Under the pieces are notes generated by a model, which saw nothing but the letters and a program-made list of their open reading frames with translations, made no database searches and had not been told where the DNA came from. 64,000 bases of DNA from a virus, in IMG/VR virus record IMGVR_UViG_3300033153_006968, positions 21,610-85,609 of that record; one strand, written 5' to 3'. Of this stretch, positions 48,681 through 58,711 are shown piece by piece (position 1 is the first letter of the stretch; the number at the start of each line of letters is the position of its first letter). The translations under genes and the position numbers were made by a program.

Positions 48681-50921
48681 TTAGACGTTCGCTTTCAGGA
48701 TATTTTCTTTAATTTCTTTTATGATTTCTTCAGGAAGTTCTCCCTTGTTGAGCATGTCAACAAGTTGAGAATTCAGCCAATGTTCTGCATCGACCTTGCT
48801 TTTAAATGCCATACTGAGATACGTTGATTGCATTTTCTCAAATTTGCTTTGTAAAGCTTCTCCGTCTAAAACCTTCTTACGAGTACCGCCTGCCGTTGGA
48901 TCTCCAACGCTTCCTTCAGGTGTTCTACTCGTTCCATCACTAAGCTTATCAGCGATTTTATTAATGTCAACTTCCTTAGTTAATTCTTCCAACTTAGCAT
49001 CAACAGCTTCATCAGTTAACTCTTGAAACTTAACCATTCTATCTTCGTCTTCCTTCGCAACTCCGTCTTTGAGAGCGACAAAGAAATCAAGCTTATCAAT
49101 TTTAGAATCTCTCAACCTTTTCTTCTCGTCGATTAATTCATCTCTCAGGCTATCTACTTCGCCTTGAAGCAAGTCATATTCTTCTCGTAATGCGTCACGA
49201 GTATCTTTTGCTTCTTCAAATTCTTCACGGATATCTCCGAGACTATCCTCAAGAGAAATAATTTCCTCCAAAAGATCAGCGTCTTGGAAAACTTTTACAA
49301 CATCTTTAAGTTCTTGGCTTTCATCGACAGAAATAGATTTGGCAAAATTATCTTTACCTACCATTCCCGCGAGACGTTTGAGAATACTGCCAAGAGATTT
49401 AACCTCTTCTTCTGCCAACATGGGTTCCTTGCCATCCTTCTCAAGGTAAGTCTTAGCCCACATATGCTCTTCCATAACATTGGTTACCATATGAAGCATA
49501 CGGGCATGTTCAAGGCCATCTTTGGCTTTCTTATTTTTCTTCACGCATCCCATTGCACGACCTTTGCGCATGATACTAGCCTTAATAGCTTTCTTATCGC
49601 CCGGCCCATTGTAACGATCCAATAGTCTAAGCGCAGCAGTATAGTGAGCAGAATCATTCACCGGGAATGATCGATCTGGTCCACAGAAGGTCGATTTAGA
49701 AAGTTTCTTTCTTTTAGCGGTACTTAACTTAGCGTCCTTAACAAGTTCCTCGTCGGCACCTTCCCAAGAGAGATCGTACAACTTCTCGACATCCTCTTCT
49801 GTAAGGCTTTCAACAGTCTCTAAACGCTTGAAAAAATCTTCAACACTTTCAGGTTTTTCTTCTTCGCTTTCAGAATCTTGCACATTCTTGTCGTCAGAAG
49901 TAGAAGTATCACCTTTAGCTTTTGCAGCCTCTTCAACTTCTAATTGTTCCTTTTTCTTAGTGCTATCTTGAACCTTTTCAACTTCCTTCTTCTTGCTCAT
50001 GGAATGACTTTCCTCCTCGGACATTGAATCATATTGCGGGAATTCTAAGCAAATCTCATGCGTATCTCCCACATACTCGTTTTTAATTTCTATATTCTTA
50101 ACGTTTCCGTTATAGTATAACTCTAAAACTTTAGAATGTCTATCAGCCGGAGTATTGGCCACAGAATATTCGTCGTAAGAAAAATTGCCAGCAATAAGAA
50201 CCATTTTCATATCGTCATAGATATTGCCAGGCTCGTGCTCACAAGGTCCGTCTTCTATCCAGTCCTGTTTACAAACAGAACAAATAGCCTTATCTGTGGT
50301 AGCTCCAACAGAACCAGTTAAATATCTACCGTCTAAAAACTTCTGTATCGCGTCTTCATCTGTAATATTAGCTATAATTTGTACATGGCCGAGACCTTCG
50401 TAAGATTTATTATCAAGAGGAGAACTACCATCTTTTACCGACCGTGAAAAAAGATTCCGAATTAATTCAACCTGCATACCAAAAGGCATAGTTCCATCAC
50501 AAAAACTCTGTATAACTTCGTCTGTTACATTAAGTTCATGGCCAGAACCATCTTTGATAGTCACGTTAGAATAATTGTCTCTAATAAATCTTGAAGTGTC
50601 TACATAGAACGAGTCGATAACTCGACCAATTGGATCACGATGTTCATCGTGATGTAGAAGAACTGGCTTATTATAATCTCTAGTAAAGGTAGAAGCTCCT
50701 TTCTTAAGTTTATCTGGCAAATAAAACATGTTATTTCTAGTAACAATACCAGCATGAGTAGCGGCTATACGGACCTTTAGACCTTTAACATCTTGATCGG
50801 TAATCGAATCTAGAAATACGCCTTTCTTGTTATCGAAATCGTCCTTCACTCGAACCAATTCTGGATTCATAAAACTGAATGTTACGAGATCGTTAATTCT
50901 TAGATAATTGTCTTTTTTCAT
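48681..50921 (-). CDS. Prohead protease fused to scaffold
   Basis: 'ATHAGIVTRNNMFY', 'KPVLLHHD...PIGRV', 'FLDGRYLTGSVG', 'CSVC...CEH', 'EYSVANTPAD' (HK97/S78-type). Long acidic coiled-coil C-terminus. Confidence 0.88.
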   Translation of the reverse strand: MKKDNYLRINDLVTFSFMNPELVRVKDDFDNKKGVFLDSITDQDVKGLKVRIAATHAGIVTRNNMFYLPDKLKKGASTFTRDYNKPVLLHHDEHRDPIGRVIDSFYVDTSRFIRDNYSNVTIKDGSGHELNVTDEVIQSFCDGTMPFGMQVELIRNLFSRSVKDGSSPLDNKSYEGLGHVQIIANITDEDAIQKFLDGRYLTGSVGATTDKAICSVCKQDWIEDGPCEHEPGNIYDDMKMVLIAGNFSYDEYSVANTPADRHSKVLELYYNGNVKNIEIKNEYVGDTHEICLEFPQYDSMSEEESHSMSKKKEVEKVQDSTKKKEQLEVEEAAKAKGDTSTSDDKNVQDSESEEEKPESVEDFFKRLETVESLTEEDVEKLYDLSWEGADEELVKDAKLSTAKRKKLSKSTFCGPDRSFPVNDSAHYTAALRLLDRYNGPGDKKAIKASIMRKGRAMGCVKKNKKAKDGLEHARMLHMVTNVMEEHMWAKTYLEKDGKEPMLAEEEVKSLGSILKRLAGMVGKDNFAKSISVDESQELKDVVKVFQDADLLEEIISLEDSLGDIREEFEEAKDTRDALREEYDLLQGEVDSLRDELIDEKKRLRDSKIDKLDFFVALKDGVAKEDEDRMVKFQELTDEAVDAKLEELTKEVDINKIADKLSDGTSRTPEGSVGDPTAGGTRKKVLDGEALQSKFEKMQSTYLSMAFKSKVDAEHWLNSQLVDMLNKGELPEEIIKEIKENILKANV

Positions 50922-50929
50922 TTCAACTC

Positions 50930-53368
50930 TTATTTTAACTTACTATTGCAAATTTTAAATGCTGAAGCTTTAATTTTATCCTCTGACCAATCAGCATGCT
51001 TCGCCCGAAGATCTTTTTTAACCTTTAAAACACATCTCTCAAGCTTATTAGAATCAACTTTATCCTTCGTAGCTATACTCTCGCATACGGAATGAGCCAT
51101 AGCGTTCGCTTCTACTTCGGCTAAACCCAAATCACTCTTTTTTATTTTTCTCGTCATCCTACGTATACAATCGGCCATCGTAGCAGGATTCCTTTTTTTC
51201 TTTTGCTTATCTTGAACACTATCAACTATGTTCTCTTTAGCTATCTCGTTCTTAACAACAGCAATAGTACAATCGCAATTTGCGTGGAACGGAGGAACAT
51301 CATCAAGAGAAGCTAGAGATGTATCGTAAAGAATTTCTTCCAAACGTGCATGACATTTCTCGCAAGCGTCTTCTGTTAATTTTATCCCAAATTTCCCCAA
51401 TCCAAGATGTCTCAACCCTATCACTTGCCCAAAGCTATTCGCCCGCCCTATCTCAACATCTTCTATAAACTTTGTTCTATACGAAAAACTATCAAAAGTA
51501 TTTCTAATAAAACTTAAAGCCTCTTGAATATTTGTTTCTTTGTTGATATTGCGCTGTAAAGTTCCGATAGTATCGTTAACGAGTTTATCTACATACTTCT
51601 CCATTCGGTTCTTTAAAGAAGATCTATATATAGACAAAGCAGAAATAAATGCATCACTCCGAGTAGAACTAAAGCTAGAATAGCCTTTTCTGAAAGCGGT
51701 AATTTGATTATCGTGTAATTTGTCGATAGCGGACGAGATAGAAGTTCTGATAAGTTGGCCGATCCAAAGCTCGTCTATTTCGCCTTTATCAGAAACGTAA
51801 GAAACTATCTCTAATTTAGTTTTATTATATACGGTTGTTAAAGCAGCATCGTTGATACTGTTCTTAACGGTCTTCTTAGCTGGAGAGGGCTTCTTTGCTA
51901 TAGCGGCCTTCTTAACGTCAAGCTCTTCTTTGCGCGCTGATTCAGCCGCCGCCCTTGCTTTGGCAGGGTTAGAATATGGCTCATCTACTGCATTAATAAG
52001 AGCCTTAGGTCTTTCCATCAGCGGCCATCTCAACGCATACCATTCTGGATATTTATCTCTATCATCCTGACCGTTATCGATTTCGTCATAAGAGGGAAGC
52101 TCTATAGGTTCTCGACCTACACCAAGTCTAGCTTCATGAAGGGTAACTACATCTTTATTATACTGATCCGCATAATGAGCTTCTTTTTTAATTTGCGAAA
52201 AAACATCTATTTCTTTGAATTTCAAAGCAACTATATTTTCATCGTCTAGGGCGTCAAAAGGAAAGTTAGACTCAAGTAATAATTCTTTAATGATATATTC
52301 ATTAATAAATATTTCTGTTATTTGTTGATAATCCTTAACTCCATCTATAAGATTTTGAGATAATTGTTCGGCCGTACTTCTGTTGCTACTTTCGGTCTCT
52401 CCAAGATCTACTGGAGACATTCCAAGACCGGCAAACACTCTACGTTTAAAGTGGGTAAGATAGCTCTCTGCCCTTAAAGCTCTACCCTCCGCGCCGATAG
52501 CAGAAATCTCATGTCGTTCGGTGGTAACAATACCGCCTTCTGTAGGCATATACTGAATTTCAGCCTTAACAATGTCAACTTCCTTAACGCCTTTCTCTGT
52601 AGTTCCGGCTGGCATTTCTTTTGTGCCTACCTTCCACTGGAAAAGAGGGAAAAGGTGCTGATAGATAAGTAGTTCAATATTTTCTTCTATCTTTCTTAAC
52701 GCTCGAATATCGTCAATAACTGGAGTAATTGTAGGAGTTCCAAATATAAAACCGTCCTTTCTTTCATAGAACATATGGACAATATCTTCAGGAACGAACT
52801 CTTTTGTATAACCGTCTGGTAAGCTCTGTCTCCATCGAACGATTTTATTTTCAGTCATCTTAAATTCCATAGTCTCCGCCGGAGCTATAAAATAACCAGC
52901 AACTGGCTTCAAAAGCTTTCTCGTTCCAGAAGGAACTCTTACCTTCCCTCCAGAAGATTTAATATCTCGAACCTTAACAACAAACGCATTAGACTTCTGA
53001 ACAATACTTGTTCCCATATCTCTAAACAGTTTAAGGGTCGGGACACCAGTTGCGTTAGAAATCTGAGAAAATCGTGCTTTGATATACTTTATAGTTTTAG
53101 GATTCTTTCCAATAAGAGTCCAGCCCTCTTTATACATAAGGGCAATCTTTTTACTGAATGATTGTCTGGCATAACTTTCTACATCGATTATGCGTCCAAT
53201 TTCTGCAAGATTATATTCAGGAGGATCCCAAGGACCTGCCTTCTTGGATGGATAATAGCTATAGCCTAAAACGGGATCTACTACGCGAGTAGTCGTAACA
53301 GGCTTCTTTATCTGATCGGCAAATACAACCTGAACAGGATGAATCTCTTTGATAGATCGATCACTCAC
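50930..53368 (-). CDS. Portal protein with C-terminal MuF-like (head morphogenesis) extension
   Basis: Portal-like 'EDIVHMFYERKDGFIFGTP...', 'FAGLGMSPVDLGETESSNRSTAE', 'VTLHEARLGVGREP'. C-terminal 'DACEKC...VPPFHANCDCTI' MuF signature. Confidence 0.85.
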   Translation of the reverse strand: MSDRSIKEIHPVQVVFADQIKKPVTTTRVVDPVLGYSYYPSKKAGPWDPPEYNLAEIGRIIDVESYARQSFSKKIALMYKEGWTLIGKNPKTIKYIKARFSQISNATGVPTLKLFRDMGTSIVQKSNAFVVKVRDIKSSGGKVRVPSGTRKLLKPVAGYFIAPAETMEFKMTENKIVRWRQSLPDGYTKEFVPEDIVHMFYERKDGFIFGTPTITPVIDDIRALRKIEENIELLIYQHLFPLFQWKVGTKEMPAGTTEKGVKEVDIVKAEIQYMPTEGGIVTTERHEISAIGAEGRALRAESYLTHFKRRVFAGLGMSPVDLGETESSNRSTAEQLSQNLIDGVKDYQQITEIFINEYIIKELLLESNFPFDALDDENIVALKFKEIDVFSQIKKEAHYADQYNKDVVTLHEARLGVGREPIELPSYDEIDNGQDDRDKYPEWYALRWPLMERPKALINAVDEPYSNPAKARAAAESARKEELDVKKAAIAKKPSPAKKTVKNSINDAALTTVYNKTKLEIVSYVSDKGEIDELWIGQLIRTSISSAIDKLHDNQITAFRKGYSSFSSTRSDAFISALSIYRSSLKNRMEKYVDKLVNDTIGTLQRNINKETNIQEALSFIRNTFDSFSYRTKFIEDVEIGRANSFGQVIGLRHLGLGKFGIKLTEDACEKCHARLEEILYDTSLASLDDVPPFHANCDCTIAVVKNEIAKENIVDSVQDKQKKKRNPATMADCIRRMTRKIKKSDLGLAEVEANAMAHSVCESIATKDKVDSNKLERCVLKVKKDLRAKHADWSEDKIKASAFKICNSKLK

Positions 53369-55157
53369 TATCTAACTCCTCTACCCACTGATTCACCTTT
53401 TCAGCATCGGCGACAGTGGTAAGCATTTGACAACCAATAGTTGACTTACTTGCCACAGCAAGCAACTCAGCAGTTTTAGAAATATTTGAATCTAAAATGT
53501 CGTCTCCAGTATAGTTTATCAAAGAAGATAGATTTTCCAATGGAGTAGCATTTGGATCATAATCTTTGTTCTGCACTATTGCTATTTCGTTAATAGCGTC
53601 ACTTATACCTCCGATATCTTCCTCTATGTTTATATTCTCTCCATCACTCCAAATACTATAGTTTTTATCTTGCGGAATCCTGCTAGCAAATGCATCAATC
53701 TCGTCATCTTCGCAATCTACGCCTGAATCTAAAGCGTCTATAATTGCCTTGATAAAACCTACTAGCTGAAGGATAGCTAATTTTTTAACAGAGAAATCTA
53801 TATAAAGACTCGAACCACCAGCAAATTCTCCTAATAGTTTTTTGAATTCGTCAAATAGGGAAGTAAATATTGCGTCAATTTTCAAGCATGCCTCTCTCAT
53901 AAAGGTTACTAATTGAAGAAAGATACCTTTAAGGGTTTTTTGAAATTTTTCAATATTCTGATTCGCCTTACCGATCGCAGACATATTCTTGTCCCGAACA
54001 GAATTGTTATATTCGTCTATAGCAGCTTTTTCTTGCTCTTTGTATTTTTCTATCGCAGCGGGATCGGCGCCATCTACGGAGGCGGAAGCTTTACGAATTT
54101 TCAGCAATTCAGCCTCTGCCTTTCTTATCCTCTCTTCTTCTTTAAGGCTAGATTCTACCACTTCTTTAAGATTAAATTCTACAGCTCGCGGCCTATAATC
54201 TTCTCCGCTAAAAGCAGGATCTTGAACGCTGAGAGCACCAAAATATGGAAGCTTTACGCTTCCACCAAAGTGTCCTGCTGCGTCTTGGACTGCGCCAGCT
54301 ACTTGCTCTCCAAATATCTGAGGCCTTGAAGGATCTCCTTGTTTAGGTCCAAAACCGACATTTATTCTCTCTAGATCTTGGAAAAGAACATTATAGTCTA
54401 ATTTGCTAAGCATGTTTTGAATGCTATCAATAATACATTCTATAGGTTTAATAATGAGCATTATGTACTTCATAAGGACATCAAGGAGATTGGTAAGAAA
54501 TGGCATAAATAATGGAAGTATAAGACCAAGAGCAAAATCAATTACGCCGTTTAATTCAAAAGAAAGATCCATCATTAACGCCATAAGAACGGCCAATATT
54601 TTAAACAAGTCTGGAATGCACATAAAGTTTTTAAAAAAATTAAAGAATTCACATAGATCAACATACTGATCTAAATTCTTAAACATGTCTATAATGTTGC
54701 GAATTTGACTAAAAGCTCTAGTAATCCAAGCCGACATAGTAGCAAGCATTTCTTTTCCTATATCGGAAATACCAGCCTTAATATTTAGCTCATCCATCAT
54801 ATTAATTCTTACGCCACAAGGAATACAGTCGCTATCTAATATCTTCCCAAAATCACCACCAGGGACAAATCCATTGCCGATCTTAGAAATCATACTCTCA
54901 ACAGTATCTTTAGCAGCTTCACCTAAAGACACGTTCTCATTTTCATTCTCGTCTTCTTGATTAGAAAGTGCTGCCCATGCGTTCTCGTTATAGCTATCCA
55001 TCTGTTTGCTAATGGTGCTAGACATGCTACGCATAAAATTTAAATCGGCTGTAAGCGGAGCAACAGTGGCTCCTTTAGTCAGAGAAGCATGACAACCTTT
55101 CTTATATACCTTTGTAATGGCCTGACAATCTTGAAATTGAACAATATTAAGAGTCAT
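53361..55157 (-). CDS. Hypothetical protein with long hydrophobic/amphipathic helices and Cys motifs
   Basis: 598 aa; 'DCIPCG', 'DLCEFF..FMCIPDLFKILAVLMALMM...FALGLILPLFMPFL...IIKPIECII'. Confidence 0.6.
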   Translation of the reverse strand: MTLNIVQFQDCQAITKVYKKGCHASLTKGATVAPLTADLNFMRSMSSTISKQMDSYNENAWAALSNQEDENENENVSLGEAAKDTVESMISKIGNGFVPGGDFGKILDSDCIPCGVRINMMDELNIKAGISDIGKEMLATMSAWITRAFSQIRNIIDMFKNLDQYVDLCEFFNFFKNFMCIPDLFKILAVLMALMMDLSFELNGVIDFALGLILPLFMPFLTNLLDVLMKYIMLIIKPIECIIDSIQNMLSKLDYNVLFQDLERINVGFGPKQGDPSRPQIFGEQVAGAVQDAAGHFGGSVKLPYFGALSVQDPAFSGEDYRPRAVEFNLKEVVESSLKEEERIRKAEAELLKIRKASASVDGADPAAIEKYKEQEKAAIDEYNNSVRDKNMSAIGKANQNIEKFQKTLKGIFLQLVTFMREACLKIDAIFTSLFDEFKKLLGEFAGGSSLYIDFSVKKLAILQLVGFIKAIIDALDSGVDCEDDEIDAFASRIPQDKNYSIWSDGENINIEEDIGGISDAINEIAIVQNKDYDPNATPLENLSSLINYTGDDILDSNISKTAELLAVASKSTIGCQMLTTVADAEKVNQWVEELDSE

Positions 55158-55846
55158 TAGGGAGTTGCTCCAGATTGTTCGTCTACATTACTTAGCATAT
55201 TCTTAGTAGATTTTGAAACAGGCACTAACTCGTCTGGTAGGAAAGGAAGAGGTATAACAGGTTTAATAAAACTTTTCCATAATGTATTAATCAATACCTT
55301 TATAAGTTCGTCTCGGAACTTATCTAGGTCTATAGGTTTTACAATTTGGTTCTTCTTATCAAGCTCTGGTCTAAGGCCGCCATTTTTAGAAGCTTCTGTC
55401 CCGAGGCCTCCAATAGGCACATTGCCGCTCAATAGACTTTCGCGAGCCTTAGCTACGTCATCTGGAGTAATAACAGCATTCTGTCCTATTTTTTCTCCAT
55501 GATCTCTGATGCTATCTTCGCATAACTTATACTGCTCATATGTAATTCTATTTGGATCTGCGTCTGGATAAGATCTTCTCATCGCTTGGATAGCAAGAGC
55601 GTCTACACTGGGATCTAATTCTATAATTTGACCTTCTGCTTCATCATCTATAAGGCCTTGAGTTAATTCAGCAAGCAATTTTAATGCATCTGCATATGCT
55701 TTTATCTTTTTTCTTTCGTTGCTTACCTCTTCAGGATCAGAAGGATCTGGTAGAGCAGTTATTTCTCCTTCTTCTTGATCGGGTTCGACAAAATTAATAT
55801 TCGGCCGAAATTTTAGAATATCTCTACTATTAGAATCTAACTTCAA
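55157..55846 (-). CDS. Hypothetical protein
   Basis: 229-aa ORF, TTG start overlapping the upstream stop; tight operon packing. Confidence 0.55.
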   Translation of the reverse strand: MKLDSNSRDILKFRPNINFVEPDQEEGEITALPDPSDPEEVSNERKKIKAYADALKLLAELTQGLIDDEAEGQIIELDPSVDALAIQAMRRSYPDADPNRITYEQYKLCEDSIRDHGEKIGQNAVITPDDVAKARESLLSGNVPIGGLGTEASKNGGLRPELDKKNQIVKPIDLDKFRDELIKVLINTLWKSFIKPVIPLPFLPDELVPVSKSTKNMLSNVDEQSGATP

Positions 55847-56268
55847 ACAGCAATCTCCTCTGCCGTAACTCGAAGAATAACGTCGTTATACGAAGCAACG
55901 CTCGCACCACGAGGAACCTCTATTCGGAACCAAAAAGGAAGATAGGTCGATATATCAGAAATGGCGGACATTGAAATGGCAACACCAGCAGTAATAGCAT
56001 CCCATTCAGCGCTTGTAGGTTGAGTATCCCCAGCGCTCAATTTCCAGCTAAAGCCATTGCTGTCTGTGATATCCATGCCACTCTCATCTACAGGATCTAT
56101 TTGAATGCTAGAATATGAATATGAAGCACTATCGTTTCTAAGGTAATACTTTGTTTCCGCAGTACGTCCAACTCGTCCATCAAAGCCATGTCTCATAGGG
56201 TTTGTCATAGTTTTTGACTGGCTATAAGGATTATCTGGAGCAGCCGCTGGGTATATTTTTAAAGCCAT
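55843..56268 (-). CDS. Putative small virion structural protein
   Basis: 141 aa, beta-rich; 'WKLSAGDTQPT.AEW', 'YLPFWFRIEVP'; AGGAG RBS. Confidence 0.55.
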   Translation of the reverse strand: MALKIYPAAAPDNPYSQSKTMTNPMRHGFDGRVGRTAETKYYLRNDSASYSYSSIQIDPVDESGMDITDSNGFSWKLSAGDTQPTSAEWDAITAGVAISMSAISDISTYLPFWFRIEVPRGASVASYNDVILRVTAEEIAV

Positions 56269-56277
56269 GAATGTCTC

Positions 56278-58302
56278 CTATATATTTTTCCTTGAAGGCT
56301 TAGAGGTCCTAACAGATCTATTCGGCCCTGTTCTCTCGCCAGAGCGTATCTTAGGCCTAGGAGAATCACTTCCAAAGCCAGGCCAAGCCCAAAGTTTAAC
56401 CTCTCCACCCCTATTTAAATTCGCGCCAGGTAAAGGATTGTTATTTAAGATAAGATTTTCACTTGGTGTCATTTCTTCTGCTCTATTTAGATCTGGCCGA
56501 CTCTTTGCTCTTTCGTCGACCTTCTTTTTATTCTCGATGATTATACCAGCTCCTTCAAGGTCTGGCATTATTTTTTCTCCAAATCTACCAGCAAATTGAA
56601 AATCTACGCTATAACTGGGTTTACCGAATAATGTTTTTTCTAGAGTATAGCCAACAAGGGCCAACATAAGGGCATCTAGTGCATGATCTCCTATTTTTGG
56701 ATCAGATGTTTTATATACTGGAGAACCTGTAGAAGTAACATGATCTACTATGTAACTGAGCAATTGTTTTTCTAACTTGTCGTCATTTTCCGAATAATGG
56801 AGAGTTCCTGTTTCAAACCAGCGAACAGTATTTTCAACAAGGAAAGGCTTAGACGGTTTAGAAATAGGTTGCTTAGTGATAAGATCGTGAATTTCTACTC
56901 GCCCGCCGAAATTATAACCTTTAACAATATCCTTCAGCTTTGCATCTGGATGATTAGATCCCTTGTTAGGATTATTGATAGCGTCATATCCATACTTCTT
57001 CAATATCTCTAAATTAGTAGCTCCATATCCGGTATCGACATATATAAATGCCGGTCGCCAAAATTTATTCATTTCTGCTATTTTTTCCATCGCGGCGAGT
57101 TGAGTCCATCCGTCTCTACTAACTATCTTTCTGTCAAGGATGTAAGCATGCTTACTCATAGGCTCAAAGCCAACAACAACTATATTAGTTCCAATTTTTA
57201 CATCGTTCCAATCTACTCCAATAATATGTATCCATTTAGAATCATATTTGTGCTCTCCGTAATCGTAAGGAGATTTAGCAGCTTGAACATATAAGTTCTG
57301 AAACACACCTTCTTCTTGTTCTCCGAATATTGCAAGCGCTTCATGCTTGTAGGCAATCTCTGTAAGTTGTCCTTTTAGAGTTGCTTCCAGTTCCTCATTC
57401 CAAAGAGGGTTGACTTGCGATGGATAATGAAATTCTCTATACATTCTGTTATGACACGTATTATAGAATGTATCTCTTGTCCCTTTAGGGGTTGAACTCA
57501 TCCATACAATAGCGTCTGGATAATTGGTGATAATAGATAAAGAACTGTCTAAGTCTCCCGCATTAAGATAATCTGCTTCGTCAAAAACCAACATATTGGC
57601 TTTCTGACCACGAACACTGTCTGCATTACCTCCAGACTTAGTTCCTGCGGTAAAACCAGTGCAAATACTCTTGTTATGAAGTTCAAGCTTACAAGGAGGA
57701 GATCTAGTACGGCTTTTAATAGAGTTCATGGCCATAGAACTAACTGACAGTAATTCGTCCATCCGATTAAAAAGAAGATCGATTTGTGCCTGATAGGGGG
57801 TAAGAATTATTACTCTGAACCCTTCATTCTCTGATACTCCGGGCTTGGTAAAAAGATGGAAAAGTATAGCAATTACAAGAGCTTCCGATTTGCCAGCCTG
57901 ACGACCAATCCGAAAAACTTTTCTCTTCGCCGCGCAACGAAGCATCATTGCTTGATAAGGGCGATGATATCTAGATTTCCCTAAAATATCTTCGTCTGGA
58001 TGCTGATCTATCCATTTATGATATTCTTCTGGATTCTTTCTTTTCCAAATTTCTCCGTCAGGATCGAAACAATGCCAGTCTAATACTTCTGCTGCCCAGG
58101 TTACCGGATCGAGCATAGATAAAGCTGTTCTTATTTCTTCTTCGGGAAGAATATGGCAAAGTTTTTTATCTATATATTCTTCAGGAATACCGCTACAATT
58201 AATGCGAAAAGGATTCTCTTCGCCCGGCTTTAAGCGATGTTTCTTTTTGTAATTAAGAATGCAGTCTGTACATTCTTTTTTACACTTGTTGAGATCTAGC
58301 AG
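56278..58302 (-). CDS. terL: Terminase large subunit
   Basis: Adenine-binding 'RPYQ', Walker A 'GRQAGKS', Walker B 'MLVFDEAD', coupling 'SSTP', RNase H-like 'IGVDWN' and 'DHALDALML'. The frame stays open 62 codons upstream of the ORF-track ATG (58116) to a CTG at 58302 preceded by GGAG at 7 nt. Confidence 0.93.
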   Translation of the reverse strand: MLDLNKCKKECTDCILNYKKKHRLKPGEENPFRINCSGIPEEYIDKKLCHILPEEEIRTALSMLDPVTWAAEVLDWHCFDPDGEIWKRKNPEEYHKWIDQHPDEDILGKSRYHRPYQAMMLRCAAKRKVFRIGRQAGKSEALVIAILFHLFTKPGVSENEGFRVIILTPYQAQIDLLFNRMDELLSVSSMAMNSIKSRTRSPPCKLELHNKSICTGFTAGTKSGGNADSVRGQKANMLVFDEADYLNAGDLDSSLSIITNYPDAIVWMSSTPKGTRDTFYNTCHNRMYREFHYPSQVNPLWNEELEATLKGQLTEIAYKHEALAIFGEQEEGVFQNLYVQAAKSPYDYGEHKYDSKWIHIIGVDWNDVKIGTNIVVVGFEPMSKHAYILDRKIVSRDGWTQLAAMEKIAEMNKFWRPAFIYVDTGYGATNLEILKKYGYDAINNPNKGSNHPDAKLKDIVKGYNFGGRVEIHDLITKQPISKPSKPFLVENTVRWFETGTLHYSENDDKLEKQLLSYIVDHVTSTGSPVYKTSDPKIGDHALDALMLALVGYTLEKTLFGKPSYSVDFQFAGRFGEKIMPDLEGAGIIIENKKKVDERAKSRPDLNRAEEMTPSENLILNNNPLPGANLNRGGEVKLWAWPGFGSDSPRPKIRSGERTGPNRSVRTSKPSRKNI

Positions 58303-58305
58303 ATG

Positions 58306-58698
58306 TTATCTCCAGCCTTTGAGGGTACTTTGGACTTTATTAATACTTTTATTCGCCATAACTCGTGTTCCTCGAAAATCTAAACGGGCACGATTAACAA
58401 CCCCTCTACCAAAAGCACTTCCGTATGCTCTAAGACTTCCTCCAAATCCCATTCCTCTGCCAGACAAAGCTGCTCTTTTAAATCCAGCTCCTAAATAACG
58501 AGCACCACCAGCTCCCATTAAAGCTCCACCAATTACGCTCGTATCTCCAGATGCCATTCCCCAGCCAGCACCTACTCCAGCCCCAATAGCCGTCCTACGA
58601 CCAGCAGCTCCCATACCTCTCCATGCAGCACCAGCCATTCCTGCAGCGGCACCTCCAGCTAGTAAAGATTTTGTAGCCCAATTCATTCCTGCTATCAC
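58306..58698 (-). CDS. Gly/Ala-rich basic hydrophobic protein (glycine-zipper; possible ejected/internal virion protein)
   Basis: 130 aa; 'TAIGAGVGAGWGMASG...IGGALMGAGG'; GGAGG RBS. Confidence 0.55.
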   Translation of the reverse strand: MIAGMNWATKSLLAGGAAAGMAGAAWRGMGAAGRRTAIGAGVGAGWGMASGDTSVIGGALMGAGGARYLGAGFKRAALSGRGMGFGGSLRAYGSAFGRGVVNRARLDFRGTRVMANKSINKVQSTLKGWR

Positions 58699-58711
58699 TT
58701 TTTAATCCCTC

